Assembly (NCBI GenBank): GCA_030428905.1
Contig: JAUIED010000084.1
Location: 1-18,046, forward strand
DNA length: 18,046 nt
Direction: 5' to 3'
Source: Gammaproteobacteria bacterium
Lineage (GTDB): Bacteria; Pseudomonadota; Gammaproteobacteria; Pseudomonadales; Azotimanducaceae
Position numbers and translations under genes: made by a program
In this document: positions 15,890 to 18,046 of the stretch, piece after piece
Numbering within the stretch: the first letter of the stretch is position 1
Layout: each line of letters begins with the position of its first letter
The notes under the pieces: model-generated
Database searches by the model: none
The model's input: only the letters and a program-made list of their open reading frames with translations
Told to the model about the DNA's origin: nothing

Positions 15890-16813
15890 ATGAAGCGGCC
15901 TCTCTTTACGCTGCTCTTTGCCTGTCTGCTGGCTCCTGCTCACGGCTGGGATGGCCGGCGCCTGGGCGTGCCCGTCGTAGTGGATGGGCATACTGTGACC
16001 TACCCGGAGTTTGCGATCTACGTGATGCCGGAGCAGCACTTTTCGGTGCACTTTCGTGATGCGCTCAATGGCGGCACTGCGGAGTTTGCCGGGCGTACCA
16101 TTGCTGTGGGCGAAAGTGCAATGCAGGCGCCGAAGGCGCCTGGTCTGTACCCGCTCACCATAACCAATAGTGCCTCCGGCGAGGTTGCGACCATACATGT
16201 GTTCGTGATGGTTGCTGCTGCGCGCATGACGGGCGAAGGCTATCTGAACGGATACCGGATTGGCGCCTATCCAAGCCAGCCGCTGAATGACCTTGACATC
16301 TATCAGGCGCCGCCGGGGTACGTGGAGGTCACCAAAGACAATCAGCACACGCCGCTGTCGCCGAACTTTCGCCTGGGGCAGTTCGTCACCAAACAGCCGG
16401 GTGGGTTTCCGAAGTATGTGGTGTTGCGGGCGAGTCTGCTGCTCAAGCTGGAGAGCATCCTTGCGCAACTGAATGCCAGCGGAAGAGCTACTGGCGGATT
16501 CGTCATCATGAGTGGTTATCGTACGCCCTGGTACAACCATAGCATCGGCAACGTGCCGGGTAGCCGTCATGTCTGGGGCGGTGCGGCCGATATCTTCATC
16601 GATGAACACCCCGCGGATGGCGTGATGGACGACTTGAACGGCGACGGCAACATTGATCAGGAAGACGCCCTGTGGCTTGCATCATTCATCGATGACATGT
16701 CTCGCAGGGGCTTGTTCGGGGAGCGTGTTGGCGGCCTGGGTGTGTATGGAAGCACGGCGGCGCACGGGCCGTTCGTGCACGTAGATGCGCGCGGCACGCG
16801 CGCGCGCTGGTAG
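15890..16813 (+). CDS. Secreted peptidase M15 / DUF882-like (Hedgehog/DD-peptidase fold, YcbK/MepK-like) protein with an EF-hand-like Ca-binding loop insertion.
   Basis: ATG 15890 gives a canonical signal peptide MKRPLFTLLFACLLAPAHG. SGYRTPWYNHSIGNVPGSRHVWGGAADIFI...HVD matches the zinc-ligand arrangement (H...D...H.D) of M15/DUF882 peptidases. DDLNGDGNIDQED fits the 12-residue EF-hand/dockerin-like loop consensus DxNxDGxIDxxE/D. The tracked 5' extension (from 15713) has no signal peptide and is probably not translated. Confidence 0.55.
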   Translation: MKRPLFTLLFACLLAPAHGWDGRRLGVPVVVDGHTVTYPEFAIYVMPEQHFSVHFRDALNGGTAEFAGRTIAVGESAMQAPKAPGLYPLTITNSASGEVATIHVFVMVAAARMTGEGYLNGYRIGAYPSQPLNDLDIYQAPPGYVEVTKDNQHTPLSPNFRLGQFVTKQPGGFPKYVVLRASLLLKLESILAQLNASGRATGGFVIMSGYRTPWYNHSIGNVPGSRHVWGGAADIFIDEHPADGVMDDLNGDGNIDQEDALWLASFIDDMSRRGLFGERVGGLGVYGSTAAHGPFVHVDARGTRARW

Positions 16814-16825
16814 GGTTTGCTGGCG

Positions 16826-18046
16826 GTGTTACAGCAGACACGACAGTTTCTGGTGCTTTACCTCTCCACCGCGCTGCTGCTCGCCGGCCATGGTCTGCAG
16901 CTCACGCTGTTGCCGCTGCGGGCGGATGGGTTGGGGTGGGACGCAACCGCCATCGGTCTCACTGGCACGGCCTATTTTGCAGGATTTCTGGCGGGCTGCC
17001 TGCTCGTGCCTCGATTCGTCGCCGCGGTGGGGCACATACGCGTGTTCAGCGCGGCAACGACCGTGTGTGGTCTTGCGCTGCTCGGCGTGATCGTTTTTGC
17101 AGACCTGCCGGCCTGGATGGTGTTGCGCTTCGCCACTGGGCTTGGCATCTCCGGCTGCTACATCGTCATCGAAAGCTGGCTCAACGATCGCTCATCCGAT
17201 GCTAACCGGGGCCGCACCCTTGCGTTTTACACCATGCTGGTGCTGACAGCGATGGTGCTCGGCCAGCTCGCGGTACCGATCGCGCCTCCGCTCGATGCCG
17301 CACCTGTGGTGCTTGGCGTTGCGCTGCTGTCTCTTGCGGTGCTGCCGTTGTCGCTCATACCCATGCAGCAGCCGCGCCGGCCGCGCACAGCGCACACCGA
17401 AATTCGTCGCCTGGCCCGTGAAGCGCCAGCGGCGTTCCTGACGCCGGTGCTTGCTGGCCTGGTAACAAGCGCGCTCTACGCACTCCTGCCGGTGCTTGCC
17501 CTGGCGCTCGGCTACGATGCGCTGATGGCCGTACAGCTCATGATGGCCATGATTCTCGGCGGTGCGGCGCTTCAGTACCCGGCTGGCAAGCTGTCGGATC
17601 GTGTGGATCGGCGGTACGTGCTGGTGTTGCTCGGGCTGCTGGGCGCCGCCGCCGCCGCGCTGTCGCTCTGGGCCACGCACTCCGCGACCACACTCATTGC
17701 GGCGGTGTTCCTCCTGGGTGGGGCAGCCAATGCGCTCTATCCCGTGTGCCTTGCGCACGCCAACGACCGCATTCCCATGCACTTCCTTCCGGTGGGTACC
17801 AGCGTGCTCATGCTCAACAGTTTTGGCGCGGTGGCAGGTCCCACCCTGTTTGCGGCGTCCATGGACGGTTTTGGCGGCCGGGCGTTCTTTGCGTTAGTGG
17901 CGGCGCTGTTCGTGGTGGTCATTCTCTGGACGGCGGTATGCCTGGTGCGCCGCGGTGAGGCGGCGTCACACGACGCAGACTTCGTGCCCGTGGTGCGTTC
18001 GAGCACTGCGGCATTCGAGCTGGACCCGCGCTCTACCCCGGAATCC
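16826..18046 (+). CDS. MFS transporter (YcaD/YfcJ-like), 3'-truncated by the window end. Absent from the supplied ORF track.
   Basis: Open frame from just after the peptidase stop to the end of the window (>400 codons, no stop). Many TM segments with GC3-rich codons. MFS motif ESWLNDRSSDANRGR, Gly/Ala/Leu-rich helices. Start assigned to GTG 16826 (MLQQTRQFLVLYL...); TTG 16817 or GTG 16853 are possible instead. No clear RBS. Confidence 0.6.
   Translation, partial: MLQQTRQFLVLYLSTALLLAGHGLQLTLLPLRADGLGWDATAIGLTGTAYFAGFLAGCLLVPRFVAAVGHIRVFSAATTVCGLALLGVIVFADLPAWMVLRFATGLGISGCYIVIESWLNDRSSDANRGRTLAFYTMLVLTAMVLGQLAVPIAPPLDAAPVVLGVALLSLAVLPLSLIPMQQPRRPRTAHTEIRRLAREAPAAFLTPVLAGLVTSALYALLPVLALALGYDALMAVQLMMAMILGGAALQYPAGKLSDRVDRRYVLVLLGLLGAAAAALSLWATHSATTLIAAVFLLGGAANALYPVCLAHANDRIPMHFLPVGTSVLMLNSFGAVAGPTLFAASMDGFGGRAFFALVAALFVVVILWTAVCLVRRGEAASHDADFVPVVRSSTAAFELDPRSTPES

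Noticed and set aside
16785-17205. Tracked ORFs 16785-17090(+), 16829-17035(-), 16936-17205(+), 17192-17782(-) and 17562-17897(+) inside the terminal MFS gene region.
   Set aside because: All are alternative-frame or antisense artifacts. The frame starting at 16826 is continuously open to the window end, GC3-rich, and encodes consecutive TM helices with an MFS signature.
1-18046. Search for mobile elements, CRISPR arrays, tRNA/rRNA genes, integrases or abrupt GC-content shifts marking a genomic island.
   Set aside because: No direct-repeat arrays, no terminal inverted repeats flanking a transposase-like ORF, no integrase/recombinase motifs and no tRNA-like cloverleaf candidates were seen. 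GC content is uniform except for short AT-rich promoter patches (3520-3570, 9960-10140).

Overview
High-GC (~65%) proteobacterial-type chromosomal segment; all features below are inferred by reading the sequence only (no database search was run). I recognise 21 protein-coding genes or gene fragments and no rRNA/tRNA, CRISPR, IS or prophage signatures, so this looks like ordinary chromosome rather than an obviously mobile island. Gene content, left to right: (1) a cytoplasmic SPFH/band-7 protein with a duplicated N-terminal hairpin motif, paired with a stand-alone T4-Pnkp-like HAD 3'-phosphatase; (2) a radical SAM/Cys-rich (ArsS-like) protein followed by a small cupin; (3) a tyrosine-catabolism cluster (hppD, a 179-aa VOC/glyoxalase-fold protein where hmgA is expected, fumarylacetoacetase, an LLM/luciferase-like oxidoreductase) preceded by an AT-rich region carrying a perfect inverted repeat; (4) a short BLUF photoreceptor; (5) an SDR plus NTF2/SnoaL-like pair; (6) a DUF533/TerB-like (YebE) membrane protein divergent from an HPF/RaiA-like small protein and a Bax-inhibitor-1/YccA protein; (7) purK-purE in reversed order, followed at 9 bp by an SbtA-family bicarbonate permease and its PII-like SbtB partner; (8) an MFS transporter preceded by an unannotated, translationally coupled 35-codon membrane-peptide ORF with a consensus RBS; (9) a secreted peptidase-M15/DUF882-like protein with an EF-hand-like loop; (10) a 3'-truncated MFS transporter absent from the supplied ORF track. 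Most worth follow-up: the hppD-VOC-fahA arrangement lacking hmgA/maiA, the SPFH-Pnkp phosphatase pair, the purKE-sbtAB arrangement and the small peptide coupled to the MFS gene. None of these can be established as a new system from sequence alone.
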